A DNA stretch of 60,992 bases, filler included, from Sphacelaria rigidula (GCA_964200075.2; 8 parts of 8 records of this genome joined end to end with filler, not necessarily neighbours in it); one strand, 5' to 3'; counted from the whole stretch's first letter, positions 24,331 to 37,943 are shown. Notes: generated by a model not told the origin, from the sequence alone. Program-made: numbers and translations.

Positions 24331-27263
24331 GTTTCCGTAGGTGTACTGTAGACTGACGCCAGAAGGATATCGACGCTTGTCAAAAGGGATGCATCTTTTT
24401 TTCTGAGACAGCAGGCACGCAGGAAAATTTGCCCATCGTTGAGCCGGGCGACAATATCTTTTTCCCCCATAGTGTATCATTCAACGGTGTAATGTGATAT
24501 CTAGATCCGCAACCCAGTAGGTCGGTTCACTTTCGTCTTCTTCGGGAAATCAATCATACGCGGTCTTGATACGTGTATGCGCCTGTTTTGGATATGGCTC
24601 GTTGGACTCAATCCGCATCGAAGTGGGATGAAGTAAAAATATAATGCACACTCGCTAAGCCGACTTATCACTCACTCTCATGTCTGGTTTGACGAGGACT
24701 GTAGCATCCCAAGGCTGCAACCGGAGCTGAACACCGAACCCAGTAGCTCCAGCCATCTCATCACAATAGTGAGCACTCTCGGGTTCGATGGTATCCGGGT
24801 GATGATTACCCCCGCCCCACCGTTGCAACAACCACCATGGTTTCTGTCGGAGCTTTCAAAGACGAAAACCCGAATGCTAGAGCAACTCAGCCGCTGGCAG
24901 CACGGACTCGTGGGGAGGACAAGCTCATTGCTGTGCTTCCACGGATTGATTGATTGATTGATTGATGCGCTTGAACTGACCCTCCAGGGATCAGGGATCC
25001 AACCGTGGTCACATGATAGACACACCCAAGAAAAAATAAACCTGAAGCACTCGCCGAAGACAAAGACGGAGCGACAAAAAAATTGAGCAGAACCCGTGTT
25101 TCTTGTATTCGCGTCGAGTTGTGCTTGCCCTGCTCAGTGGGCCGTAGACGGTGGGGGTATTTCCCGGCAAAGTCTCAGGCACAAGATCGAAGCACCACGC
25201 AACCATACCCGCACGCGTCGTCTACAACACGTACATCGCGCACCAAATACGACATACCGTGTACCAATCCAGCAATTGTTCGACTGTTGTTCGTGTTGAC
25301 CACACACACAAAGTACCATGAGCACGATATGTTGTTGTTGTCCTTAGACGGCGAATCGTGCTTTATGCGGGAATTACTATGGCACGTGGTGAGTGTGTGG
25401 CAACATACTTGTTCTTGTAGGCGTTCTCTCTCCTCCAACAAGAACTGCAACGAGCTCCGTCTGAAGGCTGTCCCTGTAGCGCCGCGCTAGAGGCCTGGGT
25501 GTTCAAGGGGTGAATACCCCTATCTACGTCAAGCCTTGACAATATTCTAGACACGAAGTGTGACACTTATTGATGGACCCAACGGAAAGACGCAGACTAG
25601 TTTTCACATAGTGTCACAGGAAACGATGTACTTCAGCATTTTTTATGATTCGAACAGCAAGGCTTGGGCCAACTTTCTTGTCTCTCAATAGCGAACCGCA
25701 TCTGCATGTTATGTATCGCTTAAAGCTTGAGTGGTGTAGCAGGAAATGCCGTATGCTGGAGCGGGCACGGGGTTCACTGTGGTGGGCCCGGTTCGGTTGT
25801 AATGTCCCATCCAAAGCTTTGTAATGCCCCATAGTACATGTGAAGATATGTTCAGATTCCAACCCCACAAACCGGCGTGAAGGTTTGCGTCTTTATTTGT
25901 GCCATGAAGTTTTCCCTGCCTGGTGCAAAATCCTTATTACTTGACTTTAGTATGGAAGCGTCTGTTTGGGGTATATTTCACGTTGAAACGAGAAAAACCT
26001 GCGAAAGGTTTTCCAGTTACGCAACGACCGAACCATTGTACAATTGTTCGTTCAACCATGCCGGGATGCATAATATCATATGTTCATCTTGAGGCATTCT
26101 GTACTGGCTTCCGTGGGGTCTTCATGCTGGGACCCCCGGAAGCCAGCAAATGGCGGATAAACTTTGTAATAATTTTCAACTATATTTGTTTTCATTCGGA
26201 GCTTCAATTAGTACCGAAGTGCCGAATTTGAGGGCGGTCGGATCTTTTGTACGACAAATATAGGGGACACCGTCGGGAGGCTCTCGTAGGTGGAAATCCG
26301 GCGACGCCAAAACGCCACATCACCTACATACCACGTATTTTGGTGTGATTTGACCATATAACAGCTGGTTTCAAGCACGTCATCCCCATGAGATTCCCGA
26401 GCTGGTAGCCGCTGCTATGATTCGAACCATGCGGAGATTGGGGAAAAACTGTATTGGGGTTTTGTGCCTTTTGATCTCGGAACGATCTGAAGAGCGCTGA
26501 TTGGTCGGGGTACCTTTTCGCCCTTAACGCCACCCTTATGGCTGTAAATTAATACCTGGCTGTGTCACCCCCTTCAGGGTCCATAGCTGTCAGTATGATA
26601 CCATGTATGCGTCTACTGGGTAGATATTGCGGAAGCCATGTACTAATGGCACAATTTTGGGTAATAAGCGTGTGAACCAGCCTATATTGAACTAACAACA
26701 TGCGTATAAGTCAGACTGGCTGGTCATGTTGAGATCGTGAGCCTTCCCCAACTTCCTTGTAGGGACGATACCCCGTGTCTATTGTTCCAAGCGCACAAGG
26801 TCTGCTGTGCGGCAACGATTCCGGGAATGGATGGGCTTCTGTTCCTCCCCAAGATGTCATCCGACTGAAGGATGGACGCGTATTAATGCCCCCGACTAAA
26901 GGCCCCATCGATGGCTCCATTTTTCTTCAGTGAAAAGTCCGCCGTTCAGATCAAAAGAGCGGAAAGCAAGGAATAGCACCCAACCCGAAAAAACGCTACC
27001 GATATCCTCCAAATGAGTATAATAAATCGAGCCTTAGCACAGTCAGTGACGGCGAAAGCAGGCAAAACCTATTACTCAGTAGACGATTCAGATATTATCA
27101 TGTTGGATTTTCATCTTCGCCATCCGGTTGAAGGATGGTCATGTGACACTTTTGCACGGTTCAAAGGATGTCACGTTTCGCCTGAAATGCTCACTTTTGT
27201 CATCCCGTTGAAAGACGCGCACGTGAAAAGCGTTGATAATCATTCGTCTTCGGCTTTATGCAG

Positions 27264-29913
27264 GTGGAGGCGGAGTTTTTGGCCGCTCTACGGAAAGCGA
27301 ATGTGGGAAAGGTGGCGGTTTCTAAAGAGCCGAGGGCGAAGACGGTTGTTCAAGGGTTCAGAATGTAAGATAAACACATACGATACCTCATCATCTTCGC
27401 CGGTATTTACCGTTTGTAGGGACTAGGAAAGTCGTGGAGAACAAACTCCACTCTAGGATGTAAAACTGGCACAGTACCACGAGGAATTGCTTTCGCCACA
27501 AGTAACCCGTTACAGTAGGGTTATGTGATCGCTATAATGGACAACACATGTTTTGCATTGCTTTTCGTTATACAGCGCATGGTGTACCGTTGTATATACA
27601 ACCTATGTTGTTTTGTTCAGTAGCATATCACTCAGAACCTCGTCGCTTGCGGATACGAGTCTAGCAAAACTCCACTCTGGAGACCTGTCAAGCTAGGTGC
27701 TACAAGTGCTAGAATATGACCTGTCTCTCCGAGGGAGCAGGGAAAATGGTTGCTGTTCAGCGCATAACACACTCAAGATCTCCATTGAAGGAGAATCATA
27801 GAGCGTATGATTCGATCGACGGCGTGTTCAGCTATTATGTTTATCGATCGCAAACAGATGATGACCAATGAGTGGAACCCTCGTACCTAAAGACCACAAT
27901 CCTCGAAATTTTGTTTCGATCGTCCGAATCATTGATACATGAAGTATTAGGGATGCAAAAAATGGGTGATGTTTTCGGCACGACAGTCTGCCCGCAGGTC
28001 GCCTCTTAATTACACGGAACGATGTCATCTCAGTAGTGAGTGGGGAGATTGCCTCACGACGAAACATACTGTACCCCGCAGTTTTTCTTACGACCGCGAG
28101 AGTCGTTGTGTTCGGGTGATATCCCATTTTTCGAACACGCTGAATAGTTGCTGCATCTTTTGCTAATTTCAGTACGGCATACTGCTCCTGTCAAACTATA
28201 CTCCTGCTTTAACCGTGCAGAAATTGGATGGATATGCGAGACGCCGACACGTCGAAGCTGCTATGGGAGTCGGGAGAGTGGTGAGCGCAAAATTTTGGTA
28301 CTGTAACGTGTTATACTTGTAACCCCCAGTCCTCCTCGAGACGAGTGCATGGTGTCGAGCCATCTCAACCCATCGCTCCTTGGGCACTCGCCTTGCACTT
28401 TCATGTGTGGATCAGCATTGCCGTAGCTCGTCGATTTTTCTCGAACGTTTTGTTCAGCTTCCGATGTTATGCCGCGTATCTTTACACGTTTTGCTCTTGA
28501 GAATGCACCGAGGTGCTAGAGTTGTTCACACGCAGATTTGTGGGCAGTTACGGTGCCCCTGCTTCTGATGACAAAATATTGAGTCTATCGATAGATCTCT
28601 ATGAGAGCTCTTCATTTTGTTTTTGTTGCACTTTGAACACCTCCCCTTCCTCCAGATGAGTCCGTGGTCTCAAGGCATCGACCCATCTCTCCCCCGGTAC
28701 CACATCAAGCCGTCTGTAGTTGGTGGCGTGAGCGTCCAGAGAATCACCATTGAACCGTGTTCTCTGCTCGTTGCCTTGTCAAAGCACGCCACGACTTGTT
28801 CCGAAATGCCCCGTGAGAAATCCACTGAGCAGTGCTGGCATGCACTATAAGGAAAACGTAGCTTTATCCACAAAGAGGGCGGACACGTCGGCCACGCGTG
28901 TTGAGGCAGGCGAGGCTGATGTGCTCCCACAGTATACTAATCAAGAGCACCTGTGCCTTGAGTCGAGTGTGCGTTTGTGCTATGTGTATGCCGTGCAGCC
29001 TGAACTGGTCAGACAGATCGCCGCGTTTCTGTACGTTGGGCTTGTGTGCGAGGGTCGCGTATTGCACGCTACGGACGCTGTTATATTTTGTTGAAGGGCT
29101 AGTGTGGTGAGGTACGCTCAAGAAACACAAGTCGTATCTCAGTGGATATGACTGTAGAGGTTGCACGATGGTGGCTGTGGGACTCGTTCCTGCAGTGGAA
29201 CAAGGAGTCAAACTTAGCGTTTACGGACGCTTGATTTGGTCATGGCACCAAGAAGCGCACAACGTCTTCTGCAAGCAGAGAGCTGTTGGAGCGTGATGAG
29301 AGAGGTGGGAGGTGAAGACTGTCACCACCGAGCCGCCATCTCTTGTGAGATACAAGGCAATTTCGTGTCACTGGACGAACGTCAAGTCAGATTGTATATT
29401 CTTTTTCAACTCATCATTGCTGACAGATCATTCGGGTCAGCTTCTACGCAATATCTACTGCAAGCTACGTATCCTAGTTGCCTAGCTACAGCATCCTACC
29501 GTAATCAATTTATGTCTGCTCAATGATTATCCTAAATGCGCCGAGTATCTTCTTCCCTAAGTGGAAGGTCAAATATATGTAGCAAACGGTTACACGTTAC
29601 ATTTATGAAGGTTTCGTTCAACCGTCACAAGTTTTACCGCAATTTGCTGTAGCGTTGTCATTCAAAACATCAGTTGAAGACTACGTTGTATTATTTTCAA
29701 CAGGTCTCTCACCTCGACTTTGACTATTCGGTTGCTCACGATCGCACTCCGGCAGGGGACAAAACATGTTCCACAAGGAACTCAAGGCCATCGTTCCGCG
29801 GGAAATTCTGGAATGCTCGGCAGTGTCGAGAGAGATAAATTTTACATCTCAGGAGAAGATTCTACAATTTAGACTGGAGCAGCGGGTGTTCCTCAGCGGT
29901 GCTTGCATTGAAG
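27264..29913 (+). CDS. PDE6D: PDE delta (prenyl-binding protein, GMP_PDE_delta family), partial; exons 27264-27364, 28221-28280, 29756-29913
   Basis: GT-AG exons with matching phases give ...EPRAKTVVQGFRINWMDMRDADTSKLLWESGEWGQNMFHKELKAIVPREILECSAVSREINFTSQEKILQFRLEQRVFLSGACIE. This contains the PDE6D motifs GF.INWM.MRDA and VP..IL.C.AVSREINF. The 3' exons are not on this contig. Confidence 0.92.
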
Positions 29914-30799
29914 GTATAAACGATCCAATGATAGACGTGGGGGTTTCTACAGTATCTGCAACGAGCACAAGTGACGTACAATGCGTGAACACTTGCAAAT
30001 ACGACCTCGCGAGAGACCTGACCATGTGCGCGCTCAATGTGGCGTAGATAGTGTCCCCATCCTTCAGCGCTCACTTTTTCGGTCTTTGCTTAGCTTGAGG
30101 TGTACATCGCAAGGCACAAATTTCTTGCCGTGAGAAGCGTGAACGTGGCACATAGTCTTCGGTGGGGTGCATATCAAGGGTACAAGTTGACACGTGATAC
30201 GTGTCGTATCGAGGTGTTTGTAAGTATTGTATCGCCAGGTACCCCTCTCGAATTCTGTCGACTCATGTAGAATGTACATGTAACGGGAGAACACATGGGG
30301 GACTGGGTATGCGAGGGCAGATATCCAATGCTTGAAAACCACGTGCGACTCATTCTACGATAGGGAGAGGGGGGGCGTACTCATTTGTTGCTTGCCTTAG
30401 TCGTGTGACCATCGACCACGCATCCTTGTCGAGGAGGGGCACCGTTCCNNNNNNNNNNNNNNNNNNNNNNNNNNNNNNNNNNNNNNNNNNNNTTAATTAA
30501 TTAANNNNNNNNNNNNNNNNNNNNNNNNNNNNNNNNNNNNNNNNNNNNCAACCATCAGAAGGTTACGAGGTTACCAACTGAGCCACCGGGGCGACCGGCA
30601 AAGACTCTGTGGTCACAAGTGTCAATCTCTCCCCTTGCTCGACACTGGGTCCATCGGTTCCATCAGCTCCATCGGCACGAGGGATGAACCCATATTCCGC
30701 CCGTTACATATCTGCCAACATTTCGGAGGTATCGCGGGTTAGATCAGCACTCCCACGTGACGTCGATGTTCGTCAAGTGTTGTTTGTTCTTTGCTCTTC

Positions 30800-31070
30800 A
30801 CGTCCTCATGATTCCAAGGGTGGGACAAATCAATGATTCGTCCGGAAATTACTTCGTTTTAGTACAACTGATTCGACTCGTACGAGTCAATCCCTAGGCT
30901 TTGTTTTCAGCATTGCTTCCCAGGCACACGTAGCCCAGACACGCGGAATGGCGCAAAAGTTGCGTGGATACATACCCCTTGGACCAGCGGTCAACGGTTT
31001 CCTCCCTTTGGGGCAATCAGGCCGAAGAAATCGTGAATTTGGTGATTCTTAGTCGGAATGATTCCGACGA
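30800..31070 (+). repeat. Dispersed repeat family (TTCCAAGGGT...GGAATGGCGCAAAAGTTGCGTGGA...AAATCGTGAATTTGGTGATT)
   Basis: Overlapping homologous pieces at 3590-3760, 7440-7537, 33690-33975 (-) and 38640-38825. Confidence 0.7.
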
Positions 31071-31419
31071 CAAAAACGTCTCTTCTCTCTGGAAAAACAC
31101 ACCGTCTTTGTCAGGGTATATATGCAGATCCGCATACTGTACAGTTCCTTTAACCCACTTCTGAACCCCTTTACTTGCCTTAGGACGAGTCCGTGGTCTC
31201 AAGGGGAACAATCCATCTGTCTCCCCGGGTTCACGCCTCCTTACAATATGGTATCGCGGAGTTCGTTATCATTAGCTTCAATACAACCCACGTTTTTCTG
31301 TGCTTAGCTTGTGTTGACTTTTTTACTACATTTTTTATTTTTTGTCACGACTCAGTCTGCTCTGTCGTTCTGTTCGACACCTCTTTTTTTCTTTTCTTTT
31401 CCTTTTTTTTCTTCTCAGA

Positions 31420-31525
31420 GCGTGTTTCAGTTTCGTTTTTCTTGGGTACGTCTATTATGAGACCACGGCTGGACCCCTGAGGGGTCAGTTAAAGTGCGAC
31501 AATCAATCAATCAATCAATCAATCA
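31420..31525 (+). repeat. Retroposon-like 3' end with an (AATC)n tail
   Basis: GGGTACGTCTATTATGAGACCACGGCTGGA..CCT..GGGGTCAGT.AAAGTGCGAC(AATC)n. Near-identical copy at 36390-36506; related pieces at 3895-3990, 24945-25035 (-), 32525-32580 (-), 39025-39090 (-) and 52490-52585. Confidence 0.75.
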
Positions 31526-31791
31526 ACGCTATATGGTGTTGTTGGTCGGTTTGCTTTGCTGGGCGGTGTTGTAGGGTACACTACACGCCATTACCCAACT
31601 AGGTACTGCCACTCTCCGCGTTGTAGTCTGTTTGCACTTTACTGTCATACGGAAGAGGCATTGTCGGCTTGGTTCTCTGACCCTGAAGGTATGGATACAC
31701 ACCGCGTTTTTTATTCTTTTATTCTGCATTTATTTCATTTTTGCCCCTTGCTTCGCTGCATCGCTTCGTCGGTTTTTGCCGTCCAGGATAG

Positions 31792-34700
31792 GCGCTGCTT
31801 TCCCCGAGCACGGGTATCGTCGACAGCCACGCCTTCATCCTTGCCCTGCAGGGAGATGCAGAGGCACACGGAGCTCTTGTGTCGCTTCGCACCACCGTAG
31901 AGGGCATAGAGGTGACCTCATCGTGTGCGTGTGTGTGTTATCATCCCATCTATTCCGGACGCCAGTCTACCATGTGACCACGGTTGGATCCCTGAAGGGT
32001 TAGTTCAAGTCCGACAGTCAAATAAAATAGAATAAAATAAAGAGTCTACATATTTTCGGTATCTGTGGGCGCATCAGCCGGGGTCACACAGGAGGAAGGC
32101 CAACGCAGGAGCTTTTTTTTTTGTATTTTGTTTCTAGTATTCCACCTTCCTTCTGCGGTGCTTGCCTTTATTTTTTTTCGCGAGAAGGGTTCAGTGGTCC
32201 CTTTCCCTCGTCGACGGTAAAATGAAATTTTGTGTACCCACGACGAAGGCGCTCTCCATTGTTAGGCATGGTGTGAGAAACAATCCCAGGTGGTGTGACG
32301 TCATCGAGATTCGAACCCACAACCCAACCGTCAGAAAATTTCGAGATTACCAACTGAGGCACCGGGGCGAAATATTTTTGTAGTAATCGATAAAACCATT
32401 GCAAAGAAGACTGTAAATAAAGAATGCAGAAATCGAATACTTGATACTTGGACGGAATACGAGTAGTACAACATAGTTTGCGATGAAGACTACAAGAGGT
32501 GATTGTTTTGAGCAGATTGATAGAGTGGTTTGGTTGATTGATTGTCGCACGTTACATGACCCCCGAGGGACGTGATGTGACCTATTGATGTATTGACCTC
32601 CACATGCCGTGGTCATGATCCACAAGATGTTACCTTTTCATGCTGTGGTCACTATCCACAAGATGTAACCTTTTCATGCTGTGGTCATTATCCACGAGAT
32701 GTAATCTATACATGCTGTGGTCATCATCCACAAGATGTAACCTTTTCATGCTGTGGTCATCATCCACTAGATGTTACCTCTCCATGCCGTGGTCAGTATC
32801 CACAAGATGGACGTACCCGAGATTCACCAATAATCGGAAGCACTCGGTAAAGAAAGACGTGAAAAAGCTGCAAGATAAAACAGACAGAGTAGTACTGAAC
32901 TTCTCCGCCCCCCCGCTCCCCGAATGAACAAACAAATGAAGAAAACGAAGGGAAGACAAAGACAAAGAACAACAAAACAAAACCTAGAGAAATGGCCAAC
33001 CTCTGCAACACGGCTTCAGGTGGAAAATATCTTGCGCGCAAAAAAGTGCATGCACTCATACCCAAACAACACCAGTATGCAGCACAAAGTTTGGACAGGT
33101 GATCAGTCATTAGGGTAGGCTAGGGTGCCGATACGGGTCCGTGATTTACGTACGCTAAAGAGCTCAGTAGTCCCGGCAGTCGACGTCCAAGGTACCTTGT
33201 TGTACTCGGTACGTCCTGTAGGTATACTGAGGGTCTAGGGTTACCTACGGGTACGGTCCCCTGCTCCAAGCACCCTGGCAAGGATGTGTTGGGTAGGGTA
33301 AGTACCCGGGTATTTACTACTGCCTCGAATTTTGTGTCGCGATGATCCGGGTCTCCAAACTCTACCGGAACATTGAGTTGAATTAGGTACGTTCGCAAAA
33401 TGGCATGGTTGAGTGCAATCAATCTCAATACTCCACCTTAACCCTTTCGGAACCGTCGATGGAAAAGTGGCGATTTACAATTGACGATTTCTTGGGCAAG
33501 ATATGGCTGTTGTTTTGTTTTTCTGCAAGTGTTGATGGTGATGCAGCCCACCGAAACGGTACACCACTCTCAGTTCAAGTGTACTAATGTGACATATTCG
33601 TGCACCGAACTCCAGGTGACGTTCCCCGGTGACGAAAGCTCGCGTATTCTGTTATTTATTTATTTATATATGGACGTTTGTCAACAGTACAATATTTTTC
33701 GAAATACTCAATGGTTTGGACGAATCATCGCCGGTTCGAATGACCAAGTCCACGATTGTTGAGGCCTGATTGCTCGAAAGAGATTGAAAAATAAAAAGTT
33801 GACCGCTGGTCAAAAAGGTCTCCACGCAATTTTTGTGCCAATGCACATGCCTGGGCCTGCTATTATAGTACCTGGGTTGCAACGTTGAACAACAAAGCGT
33901 GAGGATTGATTCGTATGGTACGAATCTATTACACTGAGATCAAGTCAAATCCAGACGAGTCATGCATTCATCCGGCCCTTGGAATACTCGAATGGAGCAA
34001 GAAACCTACTCAACACACAACACACCCTTTTACATTTTTCGGCGTACGTTGTGATGGTGGAGGTGGTGGTGGAAAAGGCAAAAATCGCACCGGTGCTCCT
34101 ATGATACAGACCATGTTATATGCAAGGGTCTACACGTTACACTCGTTACGTGCACGTTTCACGTCAAAGTTCGTCCAAAGTTAAGCCAGGCTGGTACTGC
34201 GGTGGGGGACGGGGACCACGTGGGGAGCCCTGGTTTGACGTGACTTTTGAACAGGGCTCCCCACGTGGTCCCCGTCCCCCACCGTAGTACCAGCCTGGCT
34301 TAACTTTTGACGTGAAACGTGACAGTGACACGTGACGAGTGTAACGTGTAGAGACCCTTGCTTATATACATTTTCCCCGTGTTATCCATTTCGTGAGGTG
34401 TAGTTGCACGCCCTCTCGAAATACACATCTATCTATTCTCCTCTCTCCATACGGGAAACGGCTCGCCCGCCTGCCTGCATGTTGTACATTGTGCACTTTT
34501 TTTCCCCTCATATCGTGAGAGCCAAAGTGTAGGTGGAGTTGCAGGGTGATTGCATTCACGTGAAATTAATGAATGTGCTGCCTTTTTTTTCATATAAAAC
34601 ACGCAACGCTTTCATGCAGCGTTGGCAGGGAGAGAGTTTTGAACGGTGCCTCCATCCCCCTGCCGACGATGCTACGGTAGGTGACACTACTTCCACTACT

Positions 34701-37700
34701 CCTTTTCGTCGGCAGTTTCGTCCCCACGGAAGATGCTGCAATCGATTGCACTACTACTAGTACTCCTTTTCGTCGGTTGCTTGATAACCACGGACGATAC
34801 TGCAATAGGTTACACTACTACCACCACTCCTTTTCGTCGGTACTTTCGACGTCGTTCAATTTCTATAAACTGGCGCGATAGGCTTTGCAAGATGGAGGAA
34901 TACTAGCGTCTGCGGGGGGGATGCAGCTGCGCTGCCGCGCGTTGGTAAATTGCGCTGGACTGGGTGCAGCAGCGCTGGCCGGTCGAGTAACTGGATCAAG
35001 AGCGGGTAGCGTGCCCCGACTATTTTTCGCCAAAGGAAACTACTTTCGGTACACGGGTGAGACGTTGAACAAGAGCATAGGAGAGAAACGCGGGCAGACA
35101 CGTCTGTATCCGACATCGTTTCTCAGCTAAGGGATCTCTCATTGACGGGGCATGACCTGCTTTGGACACCTACCGTCGCATAGATTTCGGTGAAAATGTT
35201 TCTCGCGTGTGTTGTGCTTGTCGTCCCATCTATTCTGGACGCCCGTCTACACCTTTCGTTATATGTGGGCGCAGCAGCCGGAATCACACAGAAGGTAGGC
35301 GAACACAGGGATGTTTCTTTTTTGTTGGTTTTAGTACTCCACCTTCCTTCTGCGGTGCTTGCTTTTCTATTTTTTATCGCAAAAGGGGCTCAGCAGCCCC
35401 TTTCCCCCGTCGACCATGACGTCGAACTTTGTGTACCCGCGACATAGTCGCTCTCCACTGTTGGGCATTGTGTGAAGAAAACCCCAGATTGTGTGACTTC
35501 ATCGAGATTCGAACCCACGACTCAACCGCCAGGAGGTTTTCGAGGTTACCAAGTGAGCCACCGGGGCGACCGACTTGTGGCTCGCAAAGTTTAACATCCT
35601 GGGCACTGTATGGTCAGTCAATAGCTGCAATAGGCCTATAATTTACACAGTACATTTTGTCTAGAGCAACTATCAATATTGACCATTGTCCAGGGTGTAC
35701 AACTTTCGGAGATTTGGGGAAAAAGAATAAACACACCCGTTGCTGAGACCCCCCAACAGTGACAATGCGGTCATGTTATGCATGGCTAACACAGTCATGC
35801 TGTGAGCTCTTTTCATTTATTGAGGGGCTTACTCATTTGTTGCTTGCCTCAGTCGTTTGGCCATTGACCACGCATCCCTTTCCAGACGGAGCATTTTGGG
35901 GGGGGGCGGAGAGGGGGGGGTGTACTCATGATCTTGCATGCCATGATCATATGACCACTGATCTCGCGTCCCCTCAAAGCCGGGACGGAGCACCCCGGGT
36001 GTTCACCGGTTCAGGCTCGCAACCAATCACCAAACGCGAAGCGCCGTGGCGTGTTCGGCGAAATCGCATGAAGGGTGAGCTTAATCCTGCTAAGGTTGTT
36101 GGGCCCGAAGCGTGATGATTATCTCGCATATGGATGTCATCCTCCAATGATTTGCTTTTTATTTTCTGGTATAGCCACTTCCAGAAACAGCGTGTGGGTT
36201 ACACATAATGCCTCATGGGTGTCTCACCATTTGAATACTACGTACAGTAGTACAATCACCCCCTTAGCGCGAAATTGAGGTCTTCCCCATCCCGCACAGT
36301 ATGATCTAGCTCGACGACCATTATGGTCACAGCAAAAAAAAAAACAGTGTTATTTTTCTGTTTCTTTTTTCTTTTTTTTTCTTTCCTTAGAGCGTGTTTC
36401 AGTTTTGTTTTTCTTGGGTACGTCTATTATGAGACCACGGCTGGATCCCTGGGGGGTCAGTCAAAGTGCGACAATCAATCAATCAATCAATCAAATCAAT
36501 CAATCAGTGCAGAAGAACACAGTACCCTGGTTGCCTAGCTAACGGAGTAAGTGGCGTGTTTTACAGCGTCGTTGCCAAGCGACGCGAACCCCATGGGCGA
36601 GGGAGCAGGGCCGGGGGGAAATAATTTTCCTCATGAGCACCGAACGGGCGTAGCGGACGCCTCTTTACCGTGTTCTGTACTTGGCCGTGTAGTGGACGTT
36701 GTGTTTGCGCAAAAGTTGTGCTCTATTGCGTGTCACACTCGTATTCCACAGCTTTACTTCGTGCACTACACGAGGGAAGTCGGTACAAATGCCAATTGCA
36801 TTTGTCCTGACATTTCCAGCACTGACTGCACAGTACACTATGTAATGGCCGCTATCTAAGGCATTTTATTTTGTTGTTTCAGACTGTTCCAACTTCTTCG
36901 AGGGGAGAAAAAGCTCTCACTTTTGTTCCGACTCGTCAACGAAAACTATGCGTAACAACAGATTCCACGCTAGATTTTCGGAGTAATATGTAACCGGCAT
37001 GAAAAATGAATCTTCTATATTGCTCGATCTGTTTGAGAAATCTCATCCGCTGTCGCTTCTTTTTTCGGGATTTTTTTCCTTGTTGTATCCCCGAAAAATC
37101 CAGGGCCCTACACGTTACACGCTCCCGTTTCACATTTTACGTCAAAAGTTAAGCCAGGCTAGTACTGCGGTGGGGGACGACGATCACGTGGGGAGCCCTG
37201 ATTTGATGGGGGCTCCCCACGTGATCGTCGTCCCCCACCGTAGTCCTAGCCTGGCTTAACTTTTGACGTAAAATGTGAAACGTGAACGTGTAACGTGTAG
37301 GGCTCTGGAGAAATCGGAATGGGGCCACTTCCTATGTGTAAGAAAAATGCATACTGACAATTGCATTTAAGGCCCTTCTCCGTCGCTTTTTGCCCCGAAA
37401 GAGGGTTAAGCAGATGTGGACACCTTGGAATGGCTTGCTCTACTCGCTGAGACCGTTCCAGGGCACCTTTGCGATTTCCGCATACCCCTTTTCCCGGGCG
37501 AAAAACGACGGAGAAGGGTAAAAAAAACGCTTTTCAACTACATGATGTTTTTCACACATGAGAAGTGGCCGAAGTCTTGAAAAATAAAACCCGCCTGGTT
37601 AAGATCAACTCTAAGGTGTCCAAGTATTATGTTGCTCCATTTTGGCAGTGGAGCACGGTACATGCGGTAAACACAGGCAACGAGGCCTGGTAAGCTCTGC

Positions 37701-37943
37701 AACATCTGAAGATGCCATGTGTAAGATCGTGTCGACCTACTGGCAGTTAACAGTACATCCGAACGCTCACAAACGTGGTTCCCCTTGCTTTTTCCTTCAT
37801 TTCCTTTTGCTTTTCCGTCTGTTTTGTTTATTGAAATCCGTCGGACATCAGGTATGCCTCCGTTTCAGCGACTGGTATACCCCTTGCCAGAGCCGAACCA
37901 GGCCGGATTGGGCGTGCACGCTACCGTAGACCTCGCCGGTCAG
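31792..37943 (+). CDS. L2HGDH: L-2-hydroxyglutarate dehydrogenase-like FAD-dependent oxidoreductase (LhgO family), internal exons 31792-31911, 34882-35056, 37852-37943
   Basis: Spliced translation [28 protein letters not shown]...VNCAGLGA...[43 protein letters not shown] contains the family motifs SP.TGIVD, NCAGL, KGNYF and LGVH.T.D. Exon phases (0/0/1) are consistent. Confidence 0.9.
32046..32369 (-). mobile_element. tRNA-derived SINE family A copy
   Basis: Minus-strand head TCGCCCCGGTGCCTCAGTTGGTAA...GGGTTCGAATCTC (A/B boxes); body shared with the 35205 and 42600 copies. Confidence 0.8.
32603..32818. repeat. 36-bp minisatellite, 6 units
   Basis: Unit CATGCTGTGGTCATCATCCACAAGATGTAACCTTTT, lying in the L2HGDH intron. 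Confidence 0.9.
34123..34360. mobile_element. hAT-like foldback MITE
   Basis: CAAGGGTCTACACGTTACAC...GTGTAACGTGTAGAGACCCTTG, nearly fully palindromic. Flanks GTTATATG / CTTATATA (6 of 8 match). Confidence 0.8.
34685..34842. repeat. 64-bp tandem repeat, 2.5 units
   Basis: CACTACT......ACTCCTTTTCGTCGG recurs at 34685, 34749 and 34813. Confidence 0.8.
35205..35573 (-). mobile_element. tRNA-derived SINE family A, near full length
   Basis: Head GTCGGTCGCCCCGGTGGCTCACTTGGTAACC...GGGTTCGAATCTC followed by a ~290-bp non-tRNA body. A head-only piece lies at 30549-30597. Confidence 0.85.
37101..37307. mobile_element. hAT-like foldback MITE (same family as 34123), 8-bp TSD
   Basis: GAAAAATC|CAGGGCCCTACACGTTACAC...GTGTAACGTGTAGGGCTCTG|GAGAAATC. 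Confidence 0.85.
37323..37570. repeat. Degenerate inverted repeat (old foldback element)
   Basis: GGCCACTTCCTATGTG...CCCTTCTCCGTCG pairs with CGACGGAGAAGGG...CACATGAGAAGTGGCC. Confidence 0.6.

Noticed and set aside
32603..32818. Cys/His metal-binding repeat protein, or CRISPR repeats
   Set aside because: Head-to-tail units without spacers, intronic, and derived from a retroposon end.
35490..35573. Functional tRNA gene
   Set aside because: A/B boxes are present, but there is no convincing cloverleaf and the sequence continues into a multi-copy SINE body.
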